DNA of 64,000 nt from positions 76,866 to 140,865 of IMG/VR virus record IMGVR_UViG_3300009183_000050; one strand, given 5' to 3'. This DNA is from a virus. Positions 55,912 to 64,000 of the stretch are shown here, piece after piece (position 1 is the first letter of the stretch; every line of letters starts with the position of its first letter). Position numbers and translations under genes: made by a program. The notes beneath the pieces were generated by a model. The model did no database searches. It was not told where the DNA came from and saw only the letters and a list, made by a program, of their open reading frames with translations.

Positions 55912-56301
55912 ATGGCTAAGAAAAAAGAATTACACTTAACAGAGGTTCGTGATGCACATGCGAAGATTGAACTAAAAAGAAGTTCGAAGTGGCCTACTGT
56001 TGAAAAGAAACATATAAAGAAAAATCCAACCTGTGCTGCCTGTGGCGGCACTTTGCATTTGAACGTTCACCACAAGAAACCTTTTCATCTGTTTCCTGAA
56101 CTAGAGTTAGAATCGACAAATCTGATCACACTCTGTATGGATGGCGACAAAGATTGCCATATTAAACTAGGTCATGGTGGCAGCTTCAAAGCATATAATC
56201 CAAATGTTGAAGAAGATGTTAAGGTTGTAGCACAGAACTTTAACATGGAACTATTAACTGAAGTCGCCGTTAAGGCAAAGAAAGCCAAACTATTAGCTTA
56301 A
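55912..56301 (+). CDS. Small HNH endonuclease-like protein
   Basis: RS.KW...K.H....P.CAACG....LNVHHKKP......L...NLITLC.....CH. Confidence 0.8.
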   Translation: MAKKKELHLTEVRDAHAKIELKRSSKWPTVEKKHIKKNPTCAACGGTLHLNVHHKKPFHLFPELELESTNLITLCMDGDKDCHIKLGHGGSFKAYNPNVEEDVKVVAQNFNMELLTEVAVKAKKAKLLA

Positions 56302-56316
56302 AGGAGTTTACATGAG

Positions 56317-56673
56317 ATGGCAAAATACTGGGGTTATCACCTGATTTTAGATTGCGCTGGCTGTGACCATGACGCGATTACCTCTTACGATACAATATAT
56401 ACTTTCGTCAAGCAGTTGGTGAGAGATATCGATATGGTAGCCTATGGTGAGCCACAAATAGTGGACTTTGGTTCAGGTGATAAGGCCGGTTATACATTGG
56501 TACAGTTGATCGAAACATCGAACATTTGTGCCCATTTTGTTAATGAAAACGACACAATGTATCTTGATGTTTTCTCTTGTAAAAGCTATAATGATGAAAC
56601 TGTAATTGAGTTAGTGGAAAAGTTCTTCGGCGCCAAGTCTGTGAGAGCATCATACCTGACTCGACAAGCATAA
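56317..56673 (+). CDS. speD: S-adenosylmethionine decarboxylase proenzyme
   Basis: GYHLILD, QLIETSNICAHF self-cleavage site, YLDVFSCK. Confidence 0.88.
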   Translation: MAKYWGYHLILDCAGCDHDAITSYDTIYTFVKQLVRDIDMVAYGEPQIVDFGSGDKAGYTLVQLIETSNICAHFVNENDTMYLDVFSCKSYNDETVIELVEKFFGAKSVRASYLTRQA

Positions 56674-56684
56674 AGTATAACGTG

Positions 56685-56786
56685 ATGGAAATGAGAGAAA
56701 GATTCATAGCGGCAATGGCACTCTTCTGGATGCCTTTAATCGTTATGACAGCTATCATAATCTATCACGTTATTACTGGTCAATAG
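56685..56786 (+). CDS. 33-aa membrane peptide
   Basis: Not in the track; single TM; no clear RBS. Confidence 0.35.
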   Translation: MEMRERFIAAMALFWMPLIVMTAIIIYHVITGQ

Positions 56787-56863
56787 CCCCACTGGCCCAA
56801 CTGGTTAGAGGTGCTTGCCTTAGAAGCAAGAGGTTCTCCGTTCGAATCGGAGGTGGGGCACCA
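56786..56863 (+). tRNA. tRNA-Leu(TAG), short variable loop
   Basis: CTTGC-CTTAGAA-GCAAG; CCA. Confidence 0.9.
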
Positions 56864-56882
56864 AAATTCTGGAAGGTATATC

Positions 56883-57299
56883 ATGTTAGAATGTTTAATC
56901 CTTGGTGATAGCATCGCAGTTGGAACACATATGTTCTATAAAGAGTGTGTTGAATTAGCCAAAGGTGGTATCAATAGCTGGCAATTCAATAAGATGTTCG
57001 GTGATAGACCTTCACTAGATATGACTGATTATAAAATAGTCATAATCAGTCTTGGTAGCAATGATCATAAGGGTGTGAAAACTAGGGATGAACTTGTGAA
57101 GATACGAGACAAGATCCGCGCCAAACAGGTCTACTGGATTCTACCATATAACAATACTGAAATACAGAAAACTATAATCGATCTTGCCTCTAAATATGGC
57201 GATACCATTATCCCAATTAGAGGTATCAGTAAGGACAATATTCATCCTACTGGAAACGGTTATAAGATGATTGTTGATGAGGTAAAACAACACAGGTAA
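56883..57299 (+). CDS. SGNH/GDSL hydrolase
   Basis: LGDSIA, LGSND, D.IHPT..GY. Confidence 0.85.
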   Translation: MLECLILGDSIAVGTHMFYKECVELAKGGINSWQFNKMFGDRPSLDMTDYKIVIISLGSNDHKGVKTRDELVKIRDKIRAKQVYWILPYNNTEIQKTIIDLASKYGDTIIPIRGISKDNIHPTGNGYKMIVDEVKQHR

Positions 57300-57303
57300 T
57301 ACC

Positions 57304-57777
57304 ATGAAAAAGTTTGATATTGAGGTTGTTAAAGAGTTCATCTTAAACACTTCGCCTGAGACCAAGATATATATTGGTGCAGACTCCGAACGTTACCGTG
57401 ATAAGAAAGCTTTATGGCACGCTGAGTATACGGTAGCCATTGTTATTCATATCGACGGTAACAAAGGTTGTAAAGTCTTTGGTAATGTTTCGAGAGAGCG
57501 TGATTATGATAATCGTCATGACAGACCAGCACTCAGACTAATGAACGAGGTGTATCGTGCTTCAGAAATGTATTTACAACTTGCAGATGTTATTGGTGAT
57601 CGACACTGTGAAGTCCATCTTGATATCAGTCCTGACATTCTACACGGTTCTTCTTGTGTTGTCACTCAAGCCATTGGGTATATTAGGGGAACTTGTAATA
57701 TTATTCCTATGGTTAAACCAGATGCATTTGCAGCCTCTTACGCTGCTGACAGACTAAAAGAAATTCTAGCCGCTTAA
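57304..57777 (+). CDS. RNase H-like YkuK (DUF458) family protein
   Basis: IYIGADS, RL..EV, EVHLDI, KPDAFAAS.AAD. Confidence 0.85.
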   Translation: MKKFDIEVVKEFILNTSPETKIYIGADSERYRDKKALWHAEYTVAIVIHIDGNKGCKVFGNVSRERDYDNRHDRPALRLMNEVYRASEMYLQLADVIGDRHCEVHLDISPDILHGSSCVVTQAIGYIRGTCNIIPMVKPDAFAASYAADRLKEILAA

Positions 57778-57778
57778 T

Positions 57779-57868
57779 GGTGAGTTGGCTGAGTGGCCTA
57801 AAGCACTCGTTTGCTAAATGAGCGAACCCTAACCGGTTCCGTGGGTTCGAATCCCACACTCACCGCCA
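57779..57868 (+). tRNA. tRNA-Ser(GCT)
   Basis: CTCGT-TTGCTAA-ATGAG; long variable arm; GCCA. Confidence 0.95.
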
Positions 57869-57875
57869 AGGATAT

Positions 57876-58100
57876 ATGATGCCTATACTTGATACACTCT
57901 TTACTCGTCGCTATAAGGTTTCAAAAGACCGTCTGGCTATTTGTGCAGATTGTGAGCATTTTGAACCTAAACGACAGAATCGGTGTCTCAAGTGTAGGTG
58001 TTTTATGGATTTCAAGACATTATTACCAGACTCGGAATGCCCTATAGGAAAGTGGAGTAAGATAAATATTAATGACGTTATACTCAAGGAGACTGAATAA
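57876..58100 (+). CDS. Small Cys-rich protein (DUF6171-like)
   Basis: RLAIC..C.......C.KC.CF...KT......CP.GKW. Confidence 0.7.
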   Translation: MMPILDTLFTRRYKVSKDRLAICADCEHFEPKRQNRCLKCRCFMDFKTLLPDSECPIGKWSKININDVILKETE

Positions 58101-58567
58101 TGGCCGCATCGACCGAACTAATCGACAATATGAAAACCCTTCTAGCTGATACATTCACTATGTATATCAAGGCTCACGGTTATCACTGGAACGTTATCGG
58201 TTCTGATTTCCCACAACTTCACAAGTTCTTCCAGAAACTATATGAAGAATTGCACGGCGCAACTGATAATATTGCAGAACAGATTCGACAGATTGATGCT
58301 TTCGCTCCAGGTACCCTTCAGCGTATGAAAGAACTATCCGGTGTAGCAGAAGATGATAAGATTCCTGTGGCTGCTAACATGATCACAAACCTTATCACAG
58401 CCAATGAGGTTATTCTGACCGTATTGATGGTTGCTTATAAACAGGCTGATACCGATGAGGAGTTTGGTCTGGCCAACTTCCTTCAAGACCGCATGATGGC
58501 TCATAAGAAGCACGGCTGGATGCTCAAGGCTACCTCTGGTAAAAAGGCGGTTAATACGACCACTTGA
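58100..58567 (+). CDS. dps: Dps / ferritin-like protein
   Basis: K.H.YHWNV.G.DF.QLH.FF..LY, D.IAE.IR, H.KH.WML. Confidence 0.93.
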   Translation: MAASTELIDNMKTLLADTFTMYIKAHGYHWNVIGSDFPQLHKFFQKLYEELHGATDNIAEQIRQIDAFAPGTLQRMKELSGVAEDDKIPVAANMITNLITANEVILTVLMVAYKQADTDEEFGLANFLQDRMMAHKKHGWMLKATSGKKAVNTTT

Positions 58568-58592
58568 CATTCCGTAAAAAGCCCTGTATAAT
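58564..58592 (+). promoter_or_regulatory. Sigma70-type promoter TTGACA-N17-TATAAT
   Basis: Perfect consensus; a terminator follows ~45 nt downstream. Confidence 0.7.
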
Positions 58593-58634
58593 ATAGGCAT
58601 GATGAAAAAGCTTCAAACTCTCGAATCAACTAAG

Positions 58635-58659
58635 AAAGCCCCTGAAGGGGCTTTTTTTA
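58635..58659 (+). terminator. Rho-independent terminator
   Basis: AAAGCCCC-TGAA-GGGGCTTT followed by a T-run. Confidence 0.9.
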
Positions 58660-58698
58660 TATGCTAAATACAAGGAGGTATTTTTATAGAGGTAACTC

Positions 58699-59673
58699 AT
58701 GGCTGTTGCGAAAAAAACTGGAACAGAAACAAAACTCACCAAAAGTGATTTCTTACTGGAGATCAAAAAACTAGGATATCATGATATAAAAGAACTATCC
58801 TCTACACGGTTTGCCATTCTTGTAAGCACCAGTAGCATGAGAGAATCTTCATTAAAAAGCATACTTTTAAGATTGCAAAAGAAGTATTCGGTCACATATG
58901 ATAAATCTACAAATCTATCTAGTATAGGTCATCTGGTGATCGAAAATGAATATCTACTCACCGCTAAACCTAAGAGTAGGCAGGGTAACGCTTCGGCTGG
59001 TGTTGAGAACGAAATCATTCTGGTTGATGAAATAAATAGTGCTGTAAAAGATAGTGGTGAAAATATAACTGTTATATTTAAACATGGCGGCATCAACTTC
59101 ACAATGAGAGATGTATCTCAGGCTACCAGAGCCGGTGCAGATACTAAGAATCGTAAAAAATCTGATGTTAACATCACTTCAGGTAGAAACAATATACCAA
59201 TATCGGTGAAGAAAGATAATGCAGAAAATTGGGAATCTGCTGATAGCTATTGGGGTCAGACAGCAAAAAAGTTTATAGACTATGCGGTTGAAAAAGAAAA
59301 AGTTACACTTAAAAAGACTGGACTAGTTTATAAATTAGAACCATCACTTGCCATAAAAGCCGATCTAGATGAAAAAGAGAGTGTTGTTTTCGGATCGGAC
59401 ATTCTTGCAGGTAAGGGTGCCGTTATTAAGAAAACCTTTTCAAAAGATGACTTCACCTTTGATACCAAGAAGAACACTCTGACGGTATCTGTAACAGAAA
59501 TAATGACAAAGGTGAGTGATATAACAGGTTCGAGTGATGTATGGTTCTTGATTAGAAATGACAGCACTAGATTAGGTTCTCAGACAGGATATCCAGGTCT
59601 TAGAGTTTTGGCCGTCTATCAGAGTAGAGTAAACATGAACGTAGTCAGATTAGACAGAAATGTTATCGAATGA
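58699..59673 (+). CDS. Putative PD-(D/E)XK-like nuclease
   Basis: AGVENE...KKSDVNI.......ISVKK pattern. Confidence 0.55.
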   Translation: MAVAKKTGTETKLTKSDFLLEIKKLGYHDIKELSSTRFAILVSTSSMRESSLKSILLRLQKKYSVTYDKSTNLSSIGHLVIENEYLLTAKPKSRQGNASAGVENEIILVDEINSAVKDSGENITVIFKHGGINFTMRDVSQATRAGADTKNRKKSDVNITSGRNNIPISVKKDNAENWESADSYWGQTAKKFIDYAVEKEKVTLKKTGLVYKLEPSLAIKADLDEKESVVFGSDILAGKGAVIKKTFSKDDFTFDTKKNTLTVSVTEIMTKVSDITGSSDVWFLIRNDSTRLGSQTGYPGLRVLAVYQSRVNMNVVRLDRNVIE

Positions 59674-60905
59674 TTAAATTTTCAGAATACCTAACGGAAG
59701 ATAAAGAAGGTAAGAACCTGCATCTGGAACACCTCGAAGATGAGGTGTTGAATGGTGGTGTTGGTGGCACTCGTGGTGCTATTAACTTTCTACAGTCTCT
59801 TAGAGATATGTTGGCCGGCCATTCATCTGAACATAAGGTCAATCTGACAACTAAATGGGATGGTGCACCTGCTATCTTTGCAGGTATCAATCCTGCTAAT
59901 GGTAAGTTCTTTGTTGGAACCAAAGGTGTCTTTGCTCAGAATGCAAAGCTAAACTACACTGATGCGGACATTGACAAGAACCATCCAGCCGAAGGTCTCA
60001 ATAAGAAATTGAAGGTTGCTCTCAGATATCTTGCTGAACTCGGTATCACTGGAGTTATTCAGGGTGATATGATGTTCTCTAAGGGTGATCTGAAGCGTGA
60101 GACGATTGATGGTGTCAGCTACATCATATTTCAACCAAACACTATCGTATATGCGGTTCCAACCGATTCCAAGTTAGCAGAACAGATGATGAATGCACAG
60201 ATGGGTATTGTCTGGCATACATCCTATGTGGGTCCAGCACTCGAAGATATGAAAGCATCGTTTGGTGTTGATATTGCTCGTTTGAGGCAGACTCGTAACG
60301 TATGGTTCCGTGATGCATCTTTTGTTGATGCCACAGGTACCGCGACCTTCACTCAAGCTGAAATGACGGCGATCAATAGCATTCTATCTCAGGCTGGCAG
60401 TCTCTTCAGAACAATCTCACCTCGCACTCTCAACGAAATCTCCACTAATGAAACATATAAGATACAGATCAAAGCATGGAACAACTCAAAGGTTCGTAAC
60501 AACGAAAAGATTACGAATACAGTGACTCATGTCAAAGATTTGATTCTTTCTATCGAAGAAAAACTAAACAAAAACCTAGGCGATGCGAAGAAAGAAGATA
60601 CACGACTAAAGAGAGCGCAAGAGAAAACTATCGTAATGAACTTCTACAAGTCAAATAAAGATGAGTTGAAGAAGATTTTTGACTTGCAAAACCTTCTTGT
60701 TGATGCTAAACATATGATTGTTCGTAAGCTAGAGCAAGTTCAAGGTGTAACAAACACATTCATGAAAACTGATAGTGGTTATAAAGTTACAGCACCAGAA
60801 GGTTTTGTTGCTGTAGATATTCTTAAAGGTAATGCTGTTAAACTGGTCGATAGACTAGAGTTCTCACAAAACAACTTCAATGCAGCTAAAGCGTGGGTGA
60901 AATGA
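59670..60905 (+). CDS. DUF6267-like protein, ligase-type nucleotidyltransferase fold, with a capsid-targeting-like N-terminus
   Basis: MIKFSEYLTE; KNLHLEHLED; TTKWDGAPA (KxDG); QGD; EGFV; KLVDR.EFS. Confidence 0.7.
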   Translation: MIKFSEYLTEDKEGKNLHLEHLEDEVLNGGVGGTRGAINFLQSLRDMLAGHSSEHKVNLTTKWDGAPAIFAGINPANGKFFVGTKGVFAQNAKLNYTDADIDKNHPAEGLNKKLKVALRYLAELGITGVIQGDMMFSKGDLKRETIDGVSYIIFQPNTIVYAVPTDSKLAEQMMNAQMGIVWHTSYVGPALEDMKASFGVDIARLRQTRNVWFRDASFVDATGTATFTQAEMTAINSILSQAGSLFRTISPRTLNEISTNETYKIQIKAWNNSKVRNNEKITNTVTHVKDLILSIEEKLNKNLGDAKKEDTRLKRAQEKTIVMNFYKSNKDELKKIFDLQNLLVDAKHMIVRKLEQVQGVTNTFMKTDSGYKVTAPEGFVAVDILKGNAVKLVDRLEFSQNNFNAAKAWVK

Positions 60906-61531
60906 AATCATTATTTGAATATCTAGATGAGTCTGTAAAGAAAGAAACCAAAGGCATCTTGAATGTCTTTGATATTGATGATACACTATTCAAGACCTCA
61001 TCTAAGATTCTCATTGTGAAAGATGGTAAGACCACCAAAGAGTTAAGTTCTGGTGAGTTTAACACATATAAACTCAAATCAGGTGAGAAGTATGACTTTG
61101 AGCAATTCAGGTCAGGTAAGCACTTCTATGCCACATCTAAACCAATCGATAATGTAATCAAGAGAGCGCAAAGGGCCGTTGGTTCTGAGACCGAAAACTG
61201 TAAGACGATCATCATCACAGCCCGTTCCGATCTAAATGATAAGGATGTGTTCTTGGATAAGTTCCGTCAACACGGTTTCCCTATCGATCAGGTCTATGTC
61301 GAACGTGCTGGTAACTTACAGAAGCTACAACCATCTGCTAAAGTCCACATCACCAAAGGTGCGGTGCTGATGAGATACATAAAATCAGGTAAGTTCAACA
61401 AGATTCGTATGTGGGATGATGGTGTTGATAATCTCAAAATCTTGCTGAAACTAGGCGAAAAGTATCCTGAAATCAAGATGGAAGCATACTTTGTCGATGA
61501 GCAAGGCGATACATCCAGATACACTGGATAA
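60902..61531 (+). CDS. HAD-superfamily phosphatase with a capsid-targeting-like N-terminus
   Basis: MKSLFEYLDE; VFDIDDTLF; ITAR; MWDD...NL. Confidence 0.78.
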   Translation: MKSLFEYLDESVKKETKGILNVFDIDDTLFKTSSKILIVKDGKTTKELSSGEFNTYKLKSGEKYDFEQFRSGKHFYATSKPIDNVIKRAQRAVGSETENCKTIIITARSDLNDKDVFLDKFRQHGFPIDQVYVERAGNLQKLQPSAKVHITKGAVLMRYIKSGKFNKIRMWDDGVDNLKILLKLGEKYPEIKMEAYFVDEQGDTSRYTG

Positions 61532-61571
61532 TGTCAGAATTGTGTCTATAAACGCTGTCGGATTGGGGTAT

Positions 61572-61579
61572 TATAAATA
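61572..61579 (+). promoter_or_regulatory. Late promoter TATAAATA
   Basis: Consensus ~35 bp upstream of the ATG at 61614. Confidence 0.8.
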
Positions 61580-61613
61580 ACACTATAAGAAACATTCCTG
61601 TAGAGGGAAAGAT

Positions 61614-64000
61614 ATGAAAATCATTGCTGTATATCCAGGCCGTTTCCAACCTTTTCACAAAGGTCACGCACAGGTCTACAAGTGGCTCAAAGAGAAGTTC
61701 GGTAACGCACATATTGCAACTTCAGATAAAGTCGAAGCCCCCAAATCACCATTCAATTTTGACGAAAAAAAGAAGATGATGGAACTGGCTGGTGTATCAC
61801 CGTCAGATATCTATCAGGTCAGAAATCCCTACATCGCGCCAGAAGTTTTGAGACACTATGACGGAACCAAGACGGTTCTCGTTTTCGCCGTGTCTGAAAA
61901 AGATATGGCAGAAGATCCTCGCTTCTCATTCAAGCCTACAAAATCTGGAAAACCTGGTTATCTACAACCTTACCCTAAAGATGGTAAAGGTCTAGAACCA
62001 TTTGGCGATCCAGATAAGCCAAGAGGCTATGTTGTAACAACCCCCACATTCACATTCAATGTCCTTGGTGAACCGTCTAAGTCGGCTACAGAAGTTCGTA
62101 AGCAATTTGCTAATGCCGATCACGAAACACAGAAGAAACTCATTAAAGACCTATTCGGTAAGTATGACGCTAAGGTTCATAAACTGATGGACGAAAAGAT
62201 CAAAGGTGCATTAAACGCCGCACCTAAACCGAAATCAATCAAGCAGATTAGAGAAGAACCAAACGACAATGATAGTGGTAGACCTATCGTTGATCCAAAT
62301 GAACCAAATACACCGATGGGTAAGTTCGTAAGAAAATACACACCAGTTGGTGATGTTGAAGATGTTGTTAAAGGTGTTCAGCAGGGTGATGTTAAGAAAG
62401 CTCTAGGTGGTGCAGTCAGTCTCGGTGCTCAAGCACTAACAGGCACAGTTGGTACGGCCGCCAAGATTGCTGTTGGTGCCGCTAGAGGTGCTGGTATTAT
62501 GAATGAAGATTCTGATCAACTCGACCACGAAAAGTTTGGTCCAATGCTGGACACATTCGTCCAGTTCGCATCTAAGAAAATTGGTATTCAATCTCTACCG
62601 CAGATAAGCCTACAAAAAGGTGAGATGCAGACTTCTTTCGGTGGTTATAGCCCACAGAACAAGTCAATCGTGGTTGTCACAAAGAACCGCCATCCAATGG
62701 ATGTTTATAGAACGGTTGCACATGAACTTGTTCACCACAAGCAAAATGAAGATGGTAACCTAGGTAAAGATATTGCGGCAGAAGGTTCTACTGGTTCACC
62801 AATCGAGAATGAAGCTAATGCTGAAGCTGGTAAGATCATGCGTTGGTTTGCTAAGAAGAATCCTGATGCATTTAAGTCTGGTCAAATTGTTGAATCAGTA
62901 ATTGAAGAAGGTTTAAATGATCCTTCTAGACAGAAAGCTGTATTCTTAGCTGGTGGTCCAGGTTCTGGTAAAGATTTCATCATGCAACGCACATTGCATG
63001 GTCATGGTATGAGAGAAGTTAACTCAGACACAGCCCTCGAATACTTGATGGATAAAGAAGGTCTCAGCAAGAGAATGCCACCCGAAGAAAAAACAGCTAG
63101 AGATGTTGTTCGTGGTCGCGCTAAGAAGGTTACCAAAGAGAAAGAGCGTAATGCTATTGCAGGTCGCCAAGGTCTAATCATTAACGGCACAGCGGATGAT
63201 CCTGAAAAGATCATGAAAATTAAAGGTCATCTCGAAGATAATGGTTATGATACCATGATGGTGTATGTTGATACATCAAATCCTGTATCGAGAGAAAGAA
63301 ATATTCAACGCGGTAAAGAAGGTGGCCGAGAAGTGCCTGAAGATATCCGTCAGCAGAAATGGCAGTCCTCACGAGATGCCAGAGAACCATTAAGAGCCGC
63401 TTTCGGTGATAATAAATTCATTCGTGTGAATAATAGTGAAGATTATCGCACAGTTCATCCTGATCGTAAGAAAGAAATTGATACCGAACACAGTAAAATC
63501 TTCAAGACAGTTCGTAAGTTTGCTACCGCTCCTGTTCAAGATACTGCATGGCAGGAGAAAGAAAAAGAGAAGCGCGGTATCACCAAGTTCACAACACCAA
63601 AAGCACAGAAGTTTGGTTCTAAACCTAAACAACCAGCACAGCAACCAGAATATGTTCCAAATCCAAGTGAATTGGAACAGGCTAAGCGTCTAGGTGTTCA
63701 GCACATCGGTAATGGTCAGTTTGGTGCTAAGGGTGCTGAACCTACACATGTTTCGAATGGTGGTCAGCTAACAACCTTAAATAAAGGGCTCTCAGAGGAC
63801 CTTCGCAAATGGTTCAGTAAAACTGATCCTGAAGGTGGTTGGAAAAGAATCAATTCTAAAGGTGAAGCGATTGGTCCTTGCGCTAGAGAGCCGGGGGAAC
63901 CAAAACCTAAATGCATGTCTAATGAAAAAAGGGCTATGTTAACCAAGAAAGAAAGAGCGTCAGCGGTTCGTGCAAAGCGTAAGCATGATCCTAATCCTGA
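61614..64000 (+). CDS. 3'-truncated multi-domain protein: HxGH nucleotidyltransferase + zincin + zeta-toxin/PNK-like P-loop kinase + small modules
   Basis: Not in the track because there is no stop in the window. Hand translation is open for ~795 codons: YPGRFQPFHKGH...SATEVR; RTVAHELVHHKQ...ENEANA; AVFLAGGPGSGKD..NSD..IINGT..RN.QR; DLRKWF...GGWKR...PCAR...KPKC. Confidence 0.88.
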   Translation, partial: MKIIAVYPGRFQPFHKGHAQVYKWLKEKFGNAHIATSDKVEAPKSPFNFDEKKKMMELAGVSPSDIYQVRNPYIAPEVLRHYDGTKTVLVFAVSEKDMAEDPRFSFKPTKSGKPGYLQPYPKDGKGLEPFGDPDKPRGYVVTTPTFTFNVLGEPSKSATEVRKQFANADHETQKKLIKDLFGKYDAKVHKLMDEKIKGALNAAPKPKSIKQIREEPNDNDSGRPIVDPNEPNTPMGKFVRKYTPVGDVEDVVKGVQQGDVKKALGGAVSLGAQALTGTVGTAAKIAVGAARGAGIMNEDSDQLDHEKFGPMLDTFVQFASKKIGIQSLPQISLQKGEMQTSFGGYSPQNKSIVVVTKNRHPMDVYRTVAHELVHHKQNEDGNLGKDIAAEGSTGSPIENEANAEAGKIMRWFAKKNPDAFKSGQIVESVIEEGLNDPSRQKAVFLAGGPGSGKDFIMQRTLHGHGMREVNSDTALEYLMDKEGLSKRMPPEEKTARDVVRGRAKKVTKEKERNAIAGRQGLIINGTADDPEKIMKIKGHLEDNGYDTMMVYVDTSNPVSRERNIQRGKEGGREVPEDIRQQKWQSSRDAREPLRAAFGDNKFIRVNNSEDYRTVHPDRKKEIDTEHSKIFKTVRKFATAPVQDTAWQEKEKEKRGITKFTTPKAQKFGSKPKQPAQQPEYVPNPSELEQAKRLGVQHIGNGQFGAKGAEPTHVSNGGQLTTLNKGLSEDLRKWFSKTDPEGGWKRINSKGEAIGPCAREPGEPKPKCMSNEKRAMLTKKERASAVRAKRKHDPNP

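Noticed and set aside
48476-56882. Track ORFs or 5' extensions overlapping tRNA genes (48476, 49022, 51662, 51792, 54317, 55093, 55846, 56811)
   Set aside because: They run through clear cloverleafs; real starts lie downstream or the ORFs are spurious
385-63946. Many short antisense and off-frame ORFs in the track
   Set aside because: They are nested in well-supported genes and have no RBS or recognisable motif
1-64000. Stop-codon reassignment
   Set aside because: Core genes are full length under the standard code, TAA, TGA and TAG all end genes, and no suppressor tRNA was found

Overview
A 64-kb, AT-rich segment of a large T4-like (Tevenvirinae-type) myovirus genome, coded almost entirely on the + strand. 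In order it holds: the head morphogenesis block (internal/core proteins, gp21, gp22, gp23, gp3); uvsY/uvsW, gp55, gp47/gp46; a DUF4338/DruA-like gene; a CobT/CobS-like pair; the replication block (gp1, gp45, dsbA, gp44, gp62, regA, dut, thyX, gp43, uvsX, gp41); PAAR/Hsp20/DUF1127; a ~10-kb island of 12 sugar-nucleotide, glycosyltransferase and methyltransferase genes; a dispersed cluster of 17 tRNAs plus 2 atypical tRNA-like genes and 2 candidate structured ncRNAs, interleaved with accessory genes (IscA, RlpA, SpeD, Dps, SGNH hydrolase, HNH nucleases); and finally a set of probably capsid-packaged enzymes ending in a multi-domain ORF of at least 795 aa that the supplied ORF track missed. Several independent signals point to an alphaproteobacterial host, probably Rhizobiales: tRNA-His without G-1 and with G1:U72/A73, DUF1127, DUF1289 and LysR-box-like operators. 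Best candidates for something new: (i) a promoter class with a TATGCA-N5-TGCATA box at a fixed distance upstream of 16-bp-spacer sigma70 promoters; (ii) a putatively virion-delivered ligase-like/phosphatase/kinase/nucleotidyltransferase kit that includes a protease-cleavable polyprotein; (iii) boxA-led and tRNA-interspersed structured ncRNAs; (iv) a pseudoknot upstream of an HTH gene. All family assignments come from motif recognition by eye; no database search was run.
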